Below, piece after piece: positions 31,423-32,000 of a stretch of 32,000 nt of DNA. Source of the stretch: Nitrosospira multiformis ATCC 25196 (GTDB lineage: Bacteria; Pseudomonadota; Gammaproteobacteria; Burkholderiales; Nitrosomonadaceae); NCBI RefSeq assembly GCF_000196355.1, contig NC_007614.1, positions 2,580,001-2,612,000 on the forward strand, read 5' to 3'. Numbering within the stretch: the stretch's first letter is position 1; each line of letters opens with the position of its first letter. The notes under the pieces were generated by a model. That model saw nothing but the letters and a program-made list of their open reading frames with translations, searched no databases and had not been told where the DNA came from. The position numbers and the translations under genes are program-made.

Positions 31423-32000
31423 TTACTGCTCGGCGCAAATGCCGTTGCTCATTGACAGACGGTAGCCACCCATGAGCACTTTGGATGCGCCCTCGAGCGG
31501 CAAAGGCTGGGAAAAATAGTAGCCCTGCATTTCGTCGCATCCGTGCCTTATCAGAAACTCCAGTTGCGCCCTTGTTTCGACGCCTTCAGCCACTACTTTC
31601 AACCCGAGGCTGTGCGCGAGCTTGATCATGGCTACGGTAATGGTTGCATCGTCGGGATCCGTCGTGACATCGCGGATGAAAGCACGGTCGATCTTGAGTA
31701 CATCCAGAGGAAAGCGCTTGAGATAGGCAAGACTGGAATAGCCGGTACCAAAATCGTCCATCGATATCTGGACACCGAAGGCTTTCAGATTCTGCAAGGC
31801 GTTGGCGGCCATCTCGGCCTCCTTCATCAATACTGACTCCGTAAGCTCGAATTCCAGCAGACGCGGATCGATGTTCGTAGCCCTCAGCGTTTCCCCGATA
31901 ATGCTATCCAGATCCTGTTGCTGAAACTGCCGGGCTGACAGATTGATGGCGATGGGATGCAACACCAGCCCCTGGCCCTGCCATTCCCTGATCTGCTCAC
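31423..32000 (-). CDS. EAL-domain c-di-GMP phosphodiesterase, C-terminal part; 5' end lies beyond the window end
   Basis: The frame stays open upstream of the track start (…EQIREWQGQGLVLHPIAINLSARQF). EAL-family motifs present: EFELTES, DDFGTGYSSL, KIDRAFI, AEGVET, QGYYFSQP. Confidence 0.88.
   Translation of the reverse strand, partial: EQIREWQGQGLVLHPIAINLSARQFQQQDLDSIIGETLRATNIDPRLLEFELTESVLMKEAEMAANALQNLKAFGVQISMDDFGTGYSSLAYLKRFPLDVLKIDRAFIRDVTTDPDDATITVAMIKLAHSLGLKVVAEGVETRAQLEFLIRHGCDEMQGYYFSQPLPLEGASKVLMGGYRLSMSNGICAEQ

Overview
This 32-kb chromosomal window has Gram-negative (proteobacterial) gene content, and most of it is ordinary core genes on both strands. In order, the genes are: a partial PfkB-like kinase, ubiE with a DUF971 gene, and the adhC-fghA formaldehyde detoxification pair. 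Next come prfB (with its programmed +1 frameshift) and lysS, then a copA-copZ-csoR copper operon with a palindromic operator inside its promoter, and two translationally coupled multi-haem c-type cytochromes. These are followed by an SDR epimerase, a membrane-embedded MutS-domain ATPase, tolC with an isoaspartyl-methyltransferase-like gene, a TPP riboswitch with thiC, uppP, a rhodanese and glnA. The window ends with a Sel1-repeat lipoprotein, a polytopic transporter-like protein, a LapA-domain protein, a pbpG-like endopeptidase and a partial EAL protein. The only clearly accessory segment is 27.2-29.8 kb. There, perfect 16-bp inverted repeats flanked by CTAG bracket a 2.56-kb mosaic. The mosaic holds the first ~100 codons of an IS5-family transposase, a disrupted Rhs/YD-repeat C-terminal fragment ending in an unrecognised ~105-aa tip, no visible immunity gene, and further gene scraps (an IS3 orfA remnant and a possible DJ-1/PfpI-like fragment). 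I saw no rRNA, tRNA or CRISPR array. I do not see a complete, intact, novel multi-gene system. The best follow-up targets are the IS-bracketed Rhs toxin cassette, the transmembrane MutS-like ATPase, and an unusual helix inserted in the thiC TPP aptamer. All coordinates and motifs were read by hand from the sequence, and family assignments rest on recognised motifs, not on database searches.
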